Source: Octopus vulgaris
Taxonomy: Eukaryota
Direction: 5' to 3'
DNA: 64,000 nt
Assembly: GCA_951406725.2 (NCBI GenBank)
Contig: OX597820.1
Span: 127,100,001 to 127,164,000 of the forward strand
The notes under the pieces: model-generated
What the model was told of the DNA's origin: nothing
Database searches by the model: none
The model's input: the letters and a program-made list of their open reading frames with translations, nothing else
Shown here: one piece after another, positions 1 through 12,399 of the stretch
Numbering within the stretch: position 1 is the first letter of the stretch
Layout of the letters: each line of letters starts with the position of its first letter
Position numbers and translations under genes: made by a program

Positions 1-1335
1 GTTACCCAGTGGTTTTACAAAACATTGGGAGAATGTACCTGCCTGTCTGTTGAACTCTAATAAAAGGTGGGGAGAGCAAAAAGTAGTGCAATACGTTAAA
101 ACACGTGTGGTTTCCTGGCAGCAGTTACTGTAAGGGAAATTATCACTATTAGATAAGTCTTATATTAATCTCATAGACCCCCAAAAAGGACAGTTGCTTA
201 ATCCTTTTGATACCAATCTAAGAAAACCCTTGGCTTAATGAGATAAACTTCCTGCTTTAAAGTAAGTTTAAATTGAAACCTTTCATTAAAATTTCCTGTT
301 AATTTATGCTCCAAGCACCAGCTTAATACTAATGACAGTTATTTTATTAAATTATTATTTTCGCAATTAATCAAAACAAAGACAGATATATGGTAATGGA
401 ATGGTTCAATCAAACTCAGTTTGGTGCCACATAAAAAGTATTCAGTTCTGTAAAAATTCCTGCTGCCAAAACAGACACAGAAGTCTGGTGCAGGGTTCTG
501 TCTGGCCAGCTCCTGTCGAATCGTCCAACCCATGCCAGCATGGAAGGAGGACGTTAGAATGATTGACTGTACTTTATTTTATCAACTCCGGAAGGATGAA
601 AGGTAAAGGTTAACCTTAGAAGGATTTGAGCTCAGAATATGAAAAGATAGAACAAATATTGCAATGTTCAAACTATTTTCTCAATCCACCAGTATTAATG
701 TAGTTCATGTTATAATGAGAAATTCTTAAACATTTTCAATTTTGTTAATTCTTTTTTCTTTGCTATATCTCAGTTTTAAACATTTTTATTCAGTCTTCAT
801 ATGCTCATAAGATCTATTTTCTTTCTTTTTTTAAAAAAATTTCGCTCCATGCCAACATCTTGAAGTAGATATTTCACCAGAAATGTTACTGACATTGATA
901 ATTACATATTGTTTGCAATGGATTGACATTTAGGAAATTTTCTTTCATCTTGCACTTCAGCTTTTCTACTCTTTTGCTTCACCTTTTACTCTGTTGCTGT
1001 TCCGTTGCTTGTTTTTAAACCAATCCAACCCATTCTATTCTAAAATGGCAATCTGGATTTCAAATGATGGGAGGAGAGATGAGTTGTAAAATTGCGTACC
1101 GGTTACACTCAAAGTTTGTGATTCTGTACATTGACTTAAAAAAGTAAATTTTACCAACGATGAGAATTGACACTTGGAATTTATTTAATAAAAATCCATA
1201 TGAAATCAACTGTTTGATATATTCATTTGTCAAGTACTGACTGAAACACTTAGTAACACATTCTATAATCAAGAGTACCCTGTTTTTCTGTGTGTTTTTT
1301 TTTTAATCTAGTCTTCAGATGTGTTCCATCTTTAA

Positions 1336-1557
1336 CACGTTTAACATTCCAATTACTCTGCCTAATTATAATGCTTATTTATTTACATTGTTTTAACTTA
1401 ATCATTCATTATCTTGTGGCTTCAAGATTTCAATGAAGTGATTGCTTATTTTTAGAATGACATTGTAGGATAGGTGTGAGAGGCTGGATGTAATTGGTTT
1501 GAACTTAAAACAAGTAGAATATTTGGGCCAGAAATAGCTGGTTTAAATGCTAAAGGG
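1336..1557. mobile_element. piggyBac-type MITE, family 2 (degenerate); related copies ~4955-5173, 32917-33343, 54250-54455, 55760-55910, 62710-62787
   Basis: Ends ...AATGCTAAAGGG followed by TTAA-like flanks; ~220-bp internal sequence recurs at the listed positions. Confidence 0.7.
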
Positions 1558-1724
1558 TTAGTCCCCAGTTTTACTCTGTTTCTATTAATTGCCTTCGTTT
1601 CACTTAATTTTGAAAATCATTAATCTATTAAAATAAATGGTGTTTGGAACATAAATTAACATGAAATTTTGATAGCAGGTATTAATTTAGGTCAGTTTAA
1701 AATGGGGAATTGGTATTGTAGAAC

Positions 1725-1900
1725 TGAGGGCATTTTCAGGTAGGTTGAGATCAAACTGGTTGTGAGGCCAACATCCCATCTTGTTGCAGAAATGTCAGGA
1801 AACCAGTTGATCTGTGACATTGGCACATGACAGCATCCATTATAGGGATATGGATGAGTGTTGTGCTTGTCAATGAATTTACAGTTGTATCTACTAACTG
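1725..1900 (-). pseudogene. Possible highly degenerate Tc1/mariner transposase fragment
   Basis: Minus-strand frames give NGCCHVPMSQINWFPD and CWPHNQFDLNLPEN, resembling QDGAPCH...W and WPPNSPDLNPIEN; frameshifted. Confidence 0.3.
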
Positions 1901-2369
1901 TATCTTTGATCAGATTGATTTCCTTATACACGCATTCCAAGAGGGCTAATGTATTTGTGTTCAACCCAATTGTAGTTAACGATGCAGATGGTTTCAGGTT
2001 CTGTCGTACTGTGTGGTACCTTGAGCGAGTCTCTTTCATAATAGCCTTAAGCTGATCAAAGTCTTGTGAGCGACTTTGGTGGGAGGAACCCTGTCATGTA
2101 TGTGTGTTTCTTTGCCTTGACATTACATGGTAGTTGTAAACAAGCATCGCTGTTATATGTGCAGTTGCTTTTGTTTCCAAAAAAGCTGTTTAGCCACGGG
2201 AAAGTATTACGTTGCTTGAAAATTGGTGAAGGTTAGTGATAAGAATTGCATCTGGCCATAGAAAATCTTTCTCAATAAATTCCATTTGACTCATGCAAGC
2301 ATAGAAAAGTGGACATTATTATGATGACGATGGTTAGTGTATTTTTGTTATTGTCTCACTTCATGCCTG

Positions 2370-2671
2370 GAGGCACATGGCCTAGTGGTTAGAGCAGCGG
2401 ACTCATGGTCGAGGGATCGCGGGTTCGAATCTCAGACCGAGCGATGTGTGTGTTTATGAGCGAAACACCTAAGCTCCACCTAAGCCGGCAGAAGGTAATG
2501 TGAAACTTCTGCTGACTCTTTCGCCACAACTTTCTCTCACTCTTTCCTCCTGCATATGCAGCTCACCTGCGACGGACCGGCGTCCCGTCCAGGTGGGGAA
2601 CCTATACGCCAAGAAACCGGGAAACCGGCCCTAATGAGCCAGGCATGGCTCGAGAAGGAACAAACAACAAC
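2370..2671 (+). mobile_element. Full-length tRNA-derived SINE with 13-bp TSD
   Basis: A box TGGCCTAGTGG, B box GGTTCGAATC, (AAC)n tail; TSD CACTTCATGCCTG at 2357-2369 and 2672-2684. Confidence 0.9.
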
Positions 2672-3934
2672 CACTTCATGCCTGATGAATTTAATATATG
2701 ATCAAAGACTTTGCAGCTGTGAGCATCCACTCAATTTATATATTTGGTACTAAATTGTCCAGGTTGTGATTTGAGTGAAATTTGGCTGCTGTTTCTCTCT
2801 GAACAAGAAACTAGAGATTCTCTCATTGGTTCATACACTGTGATGTAAAGTAGTTGTGTAATAATATAGAAGTACTATTACACTGCTACATTACCTAATA
2901 CCATACTATGTTATCTTTTGCTTCATTTAGCTTCATTCAATAAACTGTGGCCTTGCTGGAGCATCACTTTGAAGAGTTTAGTTGAACAAATTGAACTCTT
3001 ATTTTTAAGTCAGGTATTTATTTCCTCCTACCAAAGTCGCTCACAATAAGTCTGGTATTTATTTTCCATTTATGGTTTTCAGATGTGGTGGTGGTGATTT
3101 GGCTGCTATTTCTAGCAGTTTTGATGACCATGTAGACACTTTCTTGTTGGTTTTGATGTTGATCAGCTGAAATCTCCTGTTGTCTGTTAGTAATTCTAAT
3201 TTTGAGGAGAGTGGGGGGGGGGAGCAAGTTAATTACATGAATCCCAGTATTTGGCTGCTACTTTATTTTGTAGATCCCCTGAGGATGAAAGACCTTAGCA
3301 GGATTTGAACTCAGAAAGCATAGAGCTGGAAGGAATAGTGCTAAGCATTTTGTCCAATATTCTAATAACTGCCTGCTCATCACCTCAGAACAAGCGACCT
3401 TTGTCCAAGGAACCAAATGATTGGACGGAACGAAACTCAGGAACTTTGTGGTTGCATTTGATGCTACAATTTATAATAAATACAAGTAAACAGGTACTGA
3501 AGTTTGCTTTGCAACAATGTAATTTCAAGTTCGATTCCACATCACAGAACCTTGTTCAAGTGTTCCTTGGATCAATCGAAAACCTTGTGGACAAAGTTTT
3601 GTTCATTTTCCTTTCAATTCATTTAGTCATATATTTTTCCAAGACCTTTGCAATTGGGGAGAAGAGAAAATTATCCTTAGATCAGTGACCTAGCCTCAGT
3701 GTATGCGACAAAGTGGACACTGCTAAAAGCAACCAAGAACTACATAGTGAAGGTGGTGGTATTAATCATAACCCCAGATCAATTCTACAAGTAAAAAGAA
3801 GAAAAAACATGAACAGCCCATTTGATGTGCATCTGTAGCATATCTGTCTACGATACCGTAATATGGTGTTCCAGTTGTCAATGGAGATAAACTCATGACA
3901 CCCACCCACCCACCCACACATACAGGCATATGCA

Positions 3935-4128
3935 AACACACATGTATGTATATATATATATACATGCAGGTACATATGCATATATTTATATATATGTGTG
4001 TGTGTATATATATAGGTACATGTATATATTAATATGCATATATTTATATATATGTGTGTATGTAGGCACATATATATATGCATCTATATATTCATATGCA
4101 TATATTTATATACATGTGTGTATATGTT

Positions 4129-4170
<42 letters not shown>

Positions 4171-4201
4171 AACTATATATAGTGTGTACTGCACATATAA
4201 G

Positions 4202-4245
<44 letters not shown>
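3935..4245. repeat. Compound (TA)n/(TG)n/(CA)n microsatellite
   Basis: Direct inspection; source of the YIYI-type ORFs. Confidence 0.95.
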
Positions 4246-4247
<2 letters not shown>

Positions 4248-4702
4248 TGATACACAAACATTAATAGATTTTGTTTTGCACTTGTTCTCCATGGATTAAA
4301 CAAATTGACTTGACCCTGATGAGTAGATGCTACTTCTGTCAAACATTATTTGAGTGAGGAGATGTTCTTAAGAAGTGTTTGTCGGTAATCCTTTAATCCA
4401 TTGCCAGTTTGTTATAGCAGATATTATGTCAAACGTCATTTCTGTTGTTGTTGTTTTGATTCTGTTCAGCTTTTTAACTTTTTCCTTTTTCTTTGTTGTG
4501 TCAAGTAGACAGTTATCATGTTGAAAGTGTGGTGCAGAAATGAGTTTTTCTGCAGTTAGTTGTCACTATATACAAAGTGGAATAAGATGAGTTCATTTTG
4601 AAATAGATTGAGAAATGGGAATAAGGGAGGCAAAGAAGAGAAAGAAGTGGTAAGAGGAAATTAAATGAAAATAAGAAAATGAAGTTCTTATTTTATTTCT
4701 AT

Positions 4703-4870
4703 ACTAGCACTATGACATGGCAACGCCGAGTCATAGTGCTAGTGCATGCATATACAGCTGCGTGCATGCGCACATACACGCGAGTACTGTCCAAATCTCT
4801 AACCAATCACATACAGCTAGATGGCATTCAATTGGCGTATCAAGTTTCGGGCATTTTGATTGGGTTTTTT
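4703..4870 (-). mobile_element. Non-autonomous Helitron, 3'-terminal part
   Basis: Minus-strand end CTAG|T with subterminal hairpin (GGCAACGCC core); same sequence recurs at 11455-11600. Confidence 0.7.
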
Positions 4871-6079
4871 TACTAAATTCTTTGTTATATTTAAAGTAAT
4901 TGAAAGAAACACAGAGAATCTCAAAATAAATACAGTAACGAAAGGGTTAATACTAATGCATTTAGATTACTCTGTCGAATGTAATGTTTGCTTATTCATA
5001 TTGTTTTGAAATAATCATGCATTGTCTTGTAGCTTTGAAATTTCAATGATGTGATTGTTTATTTTTAGAATGACATTGTAGAGTAGGTGTGAGAGGCTAG
5101 ATCTGGCTAGTTTGAACATAAAGCAGGTAGAATATTTGGGCTGTATATGGTTAGTTTGACTGCTAAAGGTTTAAATCAGGAAGATTGTATCATGGTACCA
5201 GAGGCAGTTGATATCAAAAAAGTTACCCAGTTTTTGACGATGTTTTTAATCTGCTCTACATTACGAATTAATTTTTCGAGTTGTTGATTAAGGCATTTGT
5301 ATTTCTGTTGGTTAAAGCATTTGTATTTCTGGTAATTGTTGATTGACACAGGTCATGAAGAATGGCATTCCAATGGAGAACATACTATCTTTTATTCAAA
5401 TAATATATAGCCATGACAATTTGATTCAATGTACACTTCTTTTTTAAGATAGTACTGTATGATTTGAGGGAGAGTAACATGCTATTTTTAGCAAGCTGAG
5501 TGATTATGTAGAAGTTAATAGTAGTGGCAGTAGGTTGATAAAACTGGCTGGGATTAGATTCTGAGATTAAGATTAGCTGCATTTATATTGGAAATATTTT
5601 CCAGTTTTATCAACTTTCCACATATCACATCCATCTGTGCAGAACTGGAAATTATGCCTTTATCCTCAGTATTCCATAATATTTCTTCTAAGATATACGT
5701 ATAATCATAATTACTGTATGGAAGTTGTGTGGATTTTTTAAAAAGTAATTATCTTCTGGATTTCTAGATATACTTCTTCAGTTAATCTAACTTCCATCTT
5801 TGGTGAGATGAAATCCTAAAACATACACACACGTACTTTTTTCCAATTCCCTTACATAAATAAATATGTATCAACATAGTTTTAACATCCACTTTTCCAT
5901 GCTTGCACAGGTTGTATGTTGTTTATTGAGGCAAATTTTCTAGGCTTGGATGCACTTCTTATCGCCAACTGTTATCTGTTTCTAAGCAAGGTAATATTTC
6001 CTTGTGGCTGGACATGTTTTGACAGAATATTGCAAATGAACGGCATTCATTTATAATAATGTGATATCAAGACAAAGAA

Positions 6080-6084
<5 letters not shown>

Positions 6085-6119
<35 letters not shown>

Positions 6120-6400
6120 TCACTTGCAAACATATGCACACACACAGTTGTAAATAATCACACACATACATTTGCAAATGTGCATGAGCACACAATTTTC
6201 AAACATACACGCACACACTCGCAAACACATGCACACACACACACGCAAATGTACACACATGCAAAGATACATGCACACACTCGCTCACTCGCAAGCGCAC
6301 ATACATACACACAAAAGTACACGCATGCACATGTGCACAAATGTATACATACCCACACCCATACACACTCTCAAACCTACACACACACACACACCCGCCT
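6085..6400. repeat. (TA)n then degenerate (CA)n microsatellite
   Basis: Direct inspection. Confidence 0.95.
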
Positions 6401-8226
6401 GCAAACATGCGTTTCCTTGTCTTGACAGCCAAGTTGTAAACGAGCATCATTGTCATACGAGTGACATCCTTCATTTCTAGTCTTCTGTAAAAACGTGTCT
6501 GGTCATAGGGAAATGTTACCTTGCTTGGAAGATAGTTATGGGTTGGTGACAAGAAGGGCATCTGACAGAGAATCTGACTCGTACAAGTATGGAAATACGG
6601 ACATTAAAACGATGATGATGATGATGATGATGATGGAGATGGTGATGGTGATGGTCAATAACAGTTTCTTCACACTTGATAATGTTCTCTTTCAAGACTT
6701 GTCTAAATGAACATGAATTATCGATTAATAAAAGAACAAAGGAAAGCAAGTGTTAAATATTTTAACTTTTATTACCAAGAACAACGATAATGGAGCTGAA
6801 GACGCTTGTTTGTTAACAGAATAATTTAATACTCAACAAGTTCAATACTGAAACTTCACCAGTCTTCTTATCTAAACTGTTACTATTGTAACATTGTCTT
6901 TGTGCTTCTCACTAAGATATATAAATGAGGCAATGAACTACCGGAAACATTGCAGGTTTTCTTTCAGGATATATATCATTAATGACAGATAAGCAATAGA
7001 TGCTTTTTTTTTTATTATACTTATTTTAGTCACTGGACTGCGGCATTGTTTTAAAGTGTTTAGGTGAACATATCACCCCCTAGTATTTATTTTTAAGGCC
7101 TGATACTTATTCTGTTGGTCACTTTTACCAAACCACTAAGTTATTGGGACATAAACAAACCAATACCAGTTGTCAAGTGGTGTGTGTGTTGTGTTGTAGG
7201 GGATACATACACACATGGACAAGCTTTTTTTGGTTTCCATCTACCAAATACACTCACAAAGGTTTGGTTGGCCCAAGGCTATAGTTGAAAACTTTTTCCT
7301 GAAGTGCCACTTGGTGGGACTGAACCCAGAATCATATGGTTGGGAAGTAAACTTCATACTACACAGTCACACTTAATATATAGTTTCCTGCTGCTACAAA
7401 TAATGGCCAAATTTGTCTCACATCATATTGATACAGTGTATGGTGTTGTTTTAAATACCATGTATAGAAGAAGGAAAAGGAAAAAAAATGGTCAGTCCTG
7501 GGTCAAATACTTTTGATCATAGGTTTACTTGCTCAGGTTTGATCTTAAGGTCAACCAACTCTTGCCGTGGCATCTACTGTATTTTCCTACAAAGATGAGT
7601 CAATGAAGAAGCTCACACACATCTGTCCAGCTTGTTAGGAATAGCAGCTAGTTCTCCCTCAAATTACTGCCCCCTAACTGTCTTACAGAATCAGATAGTA
7701 AGTATAGTCTTAGATACACTAAATAAATAATATATATAAAAATAAGTTGGATGATTTGGGTCTTTGGCCTGCTTGTTCAGAGGTTGAACAGCAGCTAATA
7801 TTAATTATATTGTGAGTCAACAAGAGAGCTAGAAATAAATGCCAAATCTCTCTCATATCACTCCAAGTATCTTATAAAGGGAGAATGCTGAATTATCAAT
7901 GATATTTTATAAAAAAGTAAAAAAAAAATAAAACATTCCTGAAATACCTTCTACACTGCTTTGCTTCATAAACTGCTTAATTTTGTTTAATTCATTTGCT
8001 TAAGGTCGATAATTATATATAAGTATGAAATGGTTCTATACCTGTCTACATACAGAACAAACAAGCACACACACATACGCACACACGCAGTGGTGGGTAA
8101 TTGACTGGAACCTATTGTTGTTGCTGTTTATAGTTGCTTAGAGAGTAAGAGGAGAGGAGAAGAGAGGGGTGAATCTTCTCCTTAAAGGGAGAGAATCACT
8201 ACAGGGTTTACTTATGAGGTCTCTTG

Positions 8227-8642
8227 TACTCTTTTACTTGTTTCAGTCATTTGACTGTGGCCATGCTGGAGCACCGCCTTTAGTGGAGCAAATCGATCCC
8301 GGAACTTATTCTTTGTAAGCCTAGTACTTAATCTATCGGTTTCTTTTTTTGCCGAACCGCTAAGTTACGGGGACGTAAACACACTAACATCGGTTGTTAA
8401 GCGATGTTGAAGGAACAAACAGACACACAAACATATATACACATACACACACACACAACACACATATATATACATATATACGAGGGGCTTCTTTCAGTTT
8501 CCGTCTACCAAATCCACTCACAAGGCTTTGGTCGGCCGAAGCTATAGTAGAAGACACTTGCTCAAGGTGCCACGCAGTGGGACTGAACCTGGAACCATAT
8601 GGTTTGTAAGCAAGGTACTTACCACACAGCCACTCCTGCACC
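8227..8642 (-). mobile_element. Abundant tRNA-headed SINE, family A, near full length
   Basis: Reverse complement has A box TGGCTGTGTGG, B box GGTTCAGTCC, an internal microsatellite and 3' end GACTGAAACAAGTAAAAGAGTA; >20 related copies in the window. Confidence 0.9.
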
Positions 8643-9380
8643 TATGAAATATTTCCATATAATCTCTTTTTTTTTCATTGTGTTGTAATAGTTGTAGATA
8701 GTGCCGTTTCACCCGGGGGTGCTCAGTACATTACATGGGATCATGAAAGTAGTTGAGCTATAGTCATTTGAAGCCTTTAAGAATTCTACACAATCGATTT
8801 TCTTTTCCTTTCATTATTTTTTTCTCTCTTGTTCTCTTAACAGTGGAGAAAAAGGAGATTTCTAAGATTTTTATAATGAGTAGTAAAACAAAAGCAACAT
8901 AACAATATCATAAGAGATACATACTCTGTGAATTTTCTTTCGTTTGTGTTTTGATCTCCCTGTCATAAGTTATCTAGAAGCCATGATCTCCATTTCTGTA
9001 TCTCCAGGAAAACATTTTCACATTGAAAAATGTAGTCCTAAAATTTAGTTAAAAGACTGAATAGCCAAGGCTACAATTTCTTTCATCACAGATTCTGTTT
9101 AACCAAAACTGACCTAGGGTCAATACTGATATATTTAGATGAATGTTCGTCACAATAACCTCTATTACATAAAAGAATTTATTCCCACGCTCTTTTCCCA
9201 CAATATTTTTTCTCTGTTTTTAGTATTTTTTTTTAGCATTTAATTTTGTTTCTTTATCTAAGATTTCTTCAATGAAAGCTTGCATATCAACAAAGTGTTT
9301 TCTACCTTCTGCACTTGAGAAGTAAATAAAAAGTGGCTTGCACTAAAATATTGCTTCATTATGATTCAAAAGTCACAGAA

Positions 9381-9382
<2 letters not shown>

Positions 9383-9416
<34 letters not shown>

Positions 9417-9448
9417 TCTTTCTCTCTCTCTGCTCTTTCTCTCTCTCT

Positions 9449-9495
<47 letters not shown>

Positions 9496-9596
9496 CTCTC
9501 TCTCTCCTCTCTCTCTCTCCTCTCTCTCTGCTCTTTCTCTCTTCTCTCTCTCTGCTCTTTCTCTCTCTCTGCTCTTTCTCTCTCTCTGCTCTCTCT
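9383..9596. repeat. (TC)n microsatellite, compound
   Basis: Direct inspection; directly abuts the 5' end of the LINE below. Confidence 0.95.
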
Positions 9597-11454
9597 GATC
9601 AGTCGTGTTATTCTTTGTTCCGCACTGAAAGATTGTTTTTGTGCTGAAAATTTTGAAAATTTGCTGTTTTGGTCGTCGAGACGACTTCTTTTCTGCTGTT
9701 GCAGCAGAGTTTTGCCATTCTTTCCTCCTTGTTTCAGGGGGAAGCAGCGAAAAACATGAATTTGCCACCAATTTCTTCAGAGTTGGAGGAAAACTTTGAA
9801 AATTTGTTTGAAGGCGAATATGTGGGAGGAGGAAGGTAAAGTTGTAGAGGCGAAAATGTGGGAGGAGGAAGGTAAAGGTGTAGAGGCGAAAATGTGGGAG
9901 GAGGAAGGTAAAGGTGTAGAGGCGAACATGTGGGAGGAGGAAGGTAAAGGTGTAGAGGCGAAAATGTGGGAGGAGGAAGGTAAAGGTGTAGAGGCGAAAA
10001 TGTGGGAGGAGGAAGGTAAAGGTGTAGAGGCGAAAATGTGGGAGGAGGAAGGTAAAGGTGTAGAGGCGAAAATGTGGGAGGAGGAAGGTAAAGGTGTAGA
10101 GGCGAAAATGTGGGAGGAGGAAGGTAAAGGTGTAGAGGCGAAAATGTGGGAGGAGGAAGGTAAAGGTGTAGAGGCGAAAATGTGGGAGGAGGAAGGTAAA
10201 GGTGTAGAGGCGAAAATGTGGGAGGAGGAAGGTAAAGGTGTAGAGGCGAAAATGTGGGAGGAGGAAGGTAAAGGTGTAGAGGCGAAAATGTGGGAGGAGG
10301 AAGGTAAAGGTGTAGAGGCGAAAATGTGGGAGGAGGAAGGTAAAGGTGTAGAGGCGAAAATGTGGGAGGAGGAAGGTAAAAGTAAAGAGGCGTCTCACGC
10401 GCTCGTTACAATAGCAGACGACAAGATGTCTAGCGAAGCTACTACACAACAGGAAAAGTCAAGAATTAATTTTGCGAGTGCAGCAACTCGCCCCTGTGAA
10501 AATATAGTCATTAACAAGGAAGAATTAAAGAAATACCAAGGTTTACTAAAGAAAGAAGGTGATAATGTGAAGTTGCTCCCTCCCAGTGAATTAATTTACG
10601 CGACGGAGAGAAAAACTGTCATATACAAAACATATGTAAAAACTAAAAAAAATCGAATTTGTACCGAGGGAAGCGATCGAAAAATGTTTGAGGCCGATAT
10701 GGCAACAAACAAGCTACATAACGAGGGGTAGTTGCTTCGGCACTGTAGAGGTGCGTCTCCCTATCGAAGAAAAAGCTAGGGAACATTCAACAATGACATT
10801 GAAGTCGGAAGAAGTAGTTCTCCTGCTGACTTACTTAGGAAAGAGAGAACTTCAAAAGTCACAGTCACGGATCTATCACCCGAAATAGATGTGGCCTGGG
10901 TGATAGCCGCTATTCTCATAGGCAAAGAAGAAGAAATTTCAATTCTTCAATCTAAGAGATACCACCACATGAGCTGGGTTGGACAAGATTTAGAGCTTGT
11001 CATCCAAGCAAACCCCCCTCAGAAAAAATGCCCAGTTTCCTTACAATTGGAGAAAATACCAGCCTGATGGTGGTAGTCGAGGGGAGAAAGCCCAGATGTT
11101 CCCAATGTGGCGAGAAAGGCCACATAAGGTCGAGCTGTAAGAAGAAGACAGCCAAAGGAAACACAGCAGAAGAGGCAAGCACGATGCCGAAGACAACGAC
11201 CACACCGCTAGAAATAGCAGCCACGTCGCGCCCACCAATTGCCGAAGTACAGCGGACAGCGGGAGAAAACAACAACAACCAGGAGTGGGTCACCGTGGAA
11301 CTTTCAAAAAGAAGACGGAAACAGAAAAACCCACCCTCTTCAGGTAAACAGGACTATGCTCCGAGACAGACAAGCACACCCTCAAATACAGTCGCAAACA
11401 CACACGTAGCCATAAAAACACACACACACACTGGAAAAAGCACACACAAGCACA
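9597..11454 (+). mobile_element. Tx1/L1-clade non-LTR retrotransposon 5' part: 5'UTR plus frameshifted ORF1 with CCHC zinc knuckle; ORF2 absent
   Basis: ATG 9756 (MNLPPISSELEENFENLF) and ORF pieces 9796-10731, 10688-10888, 11028-11454 join by frameshifts. VEGRKPRCSQCGEKGHIRSSC (CX2CX4HX4C) and the later WVTVELSKRRRK are typical of Tx1-like ORF1. Confidence 0.75.
9820..10380 (+). repeat. 36-bp minisatellite, ~15.6 copies, encoding (MWEEEGKGVEAK)n
   Basis: Unit ATGTGGGAGGAGGAAGGTAAAGGTGTAGAGGCGAAA, nearly invariant, no spacers. Confidence 0.97.
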
Positions 11455-11815
11455 GGCAACGCCGGGTCATAGTGCTAGTGCATGCATATACAGCTGCGTG
11501 CGTGCGCACATACATGCGGATACTGTCCAAATTTCCAACCAATCACATACAGCTAGCTGGCATTCAATTGGCGTATCAAGTTTCGGGCATTTTGATTCGT
11601 TTTGGATAAAAAAGTCACTTCTATTGATTTTTTTTTAATGGCTTTGCGGGGTGACTGGGGAAATGTAAAGATGTACACGACCACCCTTGGACAGTTTTGA
11701 ATGACCATAGAAAGTGCGAGCCCTCTAACTGAAAAATTGTGGATTTGTATAAAGGACACACGCACACACATAGACAGACAGACAGACATTTTGCTGTTTC
11801 ATATATATATAGAGA
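11455..11815 (-). mobile_element. Non-autonomous Helitron, 5' end intact, 3' end cut within the hairpin
   Basis: Minus strand begins A|TCTCTATATATATATGAAAC then (GTCT)n; left part matches 4719-4860. Confidence 0.75.
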
Positions 11816-11932
11816 TACATTTAGTTACTGTGACTCAAGGGCTGAGGGTTTCGTGCATTGGCACTTATTGGTGCACAACATTCTTGGCTCTGGAGTCTGG
11901 AATAACCCTGTAACTTGTGATAATTTAGAAAG

Positions 11933-11980
<48 letters not shown>

Positions 11981-11983
<3 letters not shown>

Positions 11984-12196
11984 GTGATCTCTTAAGCACC
12001 ACCAGCTCAAATATTGTCTCCTCTGTCTTCCCTCCTTGGGATCTTTCCTTCTCCTTGTTTCCGACGAAGAGCTCCGCTCGAAACGTTAAACCCTCCTTCC
12101 CTTCTTTCCTGAGCGTCAATAATACTTTAATTGTTCCACGTCCTGCGTTGCTGTGTTTTTTTCTCTTTTTTTCTGTGTTTTCTTGTTTGGATTAAC
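11981..12196 (+). mobile_element. Short Penelope pLTR/retrozyme-like element with hammerhead-like motif, in (TA)n
   Basis: CCGACGA-A-GAGC-TCC-GCTC-GAAACGTT...GAGCGTC; (TA)n on both sides. Confidence 0.65.
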
Positions 12197-12271
12197 TATA
12201 TATATATATATACTCATGTTCTGAGTTGTATTTTCTTGTTTGCTTCACCAAACCTCTGTGTGTGTGTGTGT

Positions 12272-12303
<32 letters not shown>

Positions 12304-12399
12304 AGGGAGTGCCTTGTACTCAAGAAGGTCCATCCTCCTCAGCAGAAGTGTGAAGCTGCTGCCCTTGATGAAGAGGATTGGCCTGCAGAAGTCTGGTGC

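Noticed and set aside
3305-3688. 127-aa ORF with TTG start
   Set aside because: Composed of decayed SINE fragments with no protein-like signal.
3762-4264. YIYI/HTHT/CVCV/SLSL ORFs here and at ~6.2, 21.2, 48.9 and 57.5 kb
   Set aside because: Stop-free microsatellite translations.
9820-10380. 36-bp repeats as a CRISPR array
   Set aside because: Units are contiguous with no spacers, no cas genes are present, and the context is eukaryotic.
9373-10449. 358-aa minus-strand ORF
   Set aside because: Antisense reading of the minisatellite and (TC)n tract.
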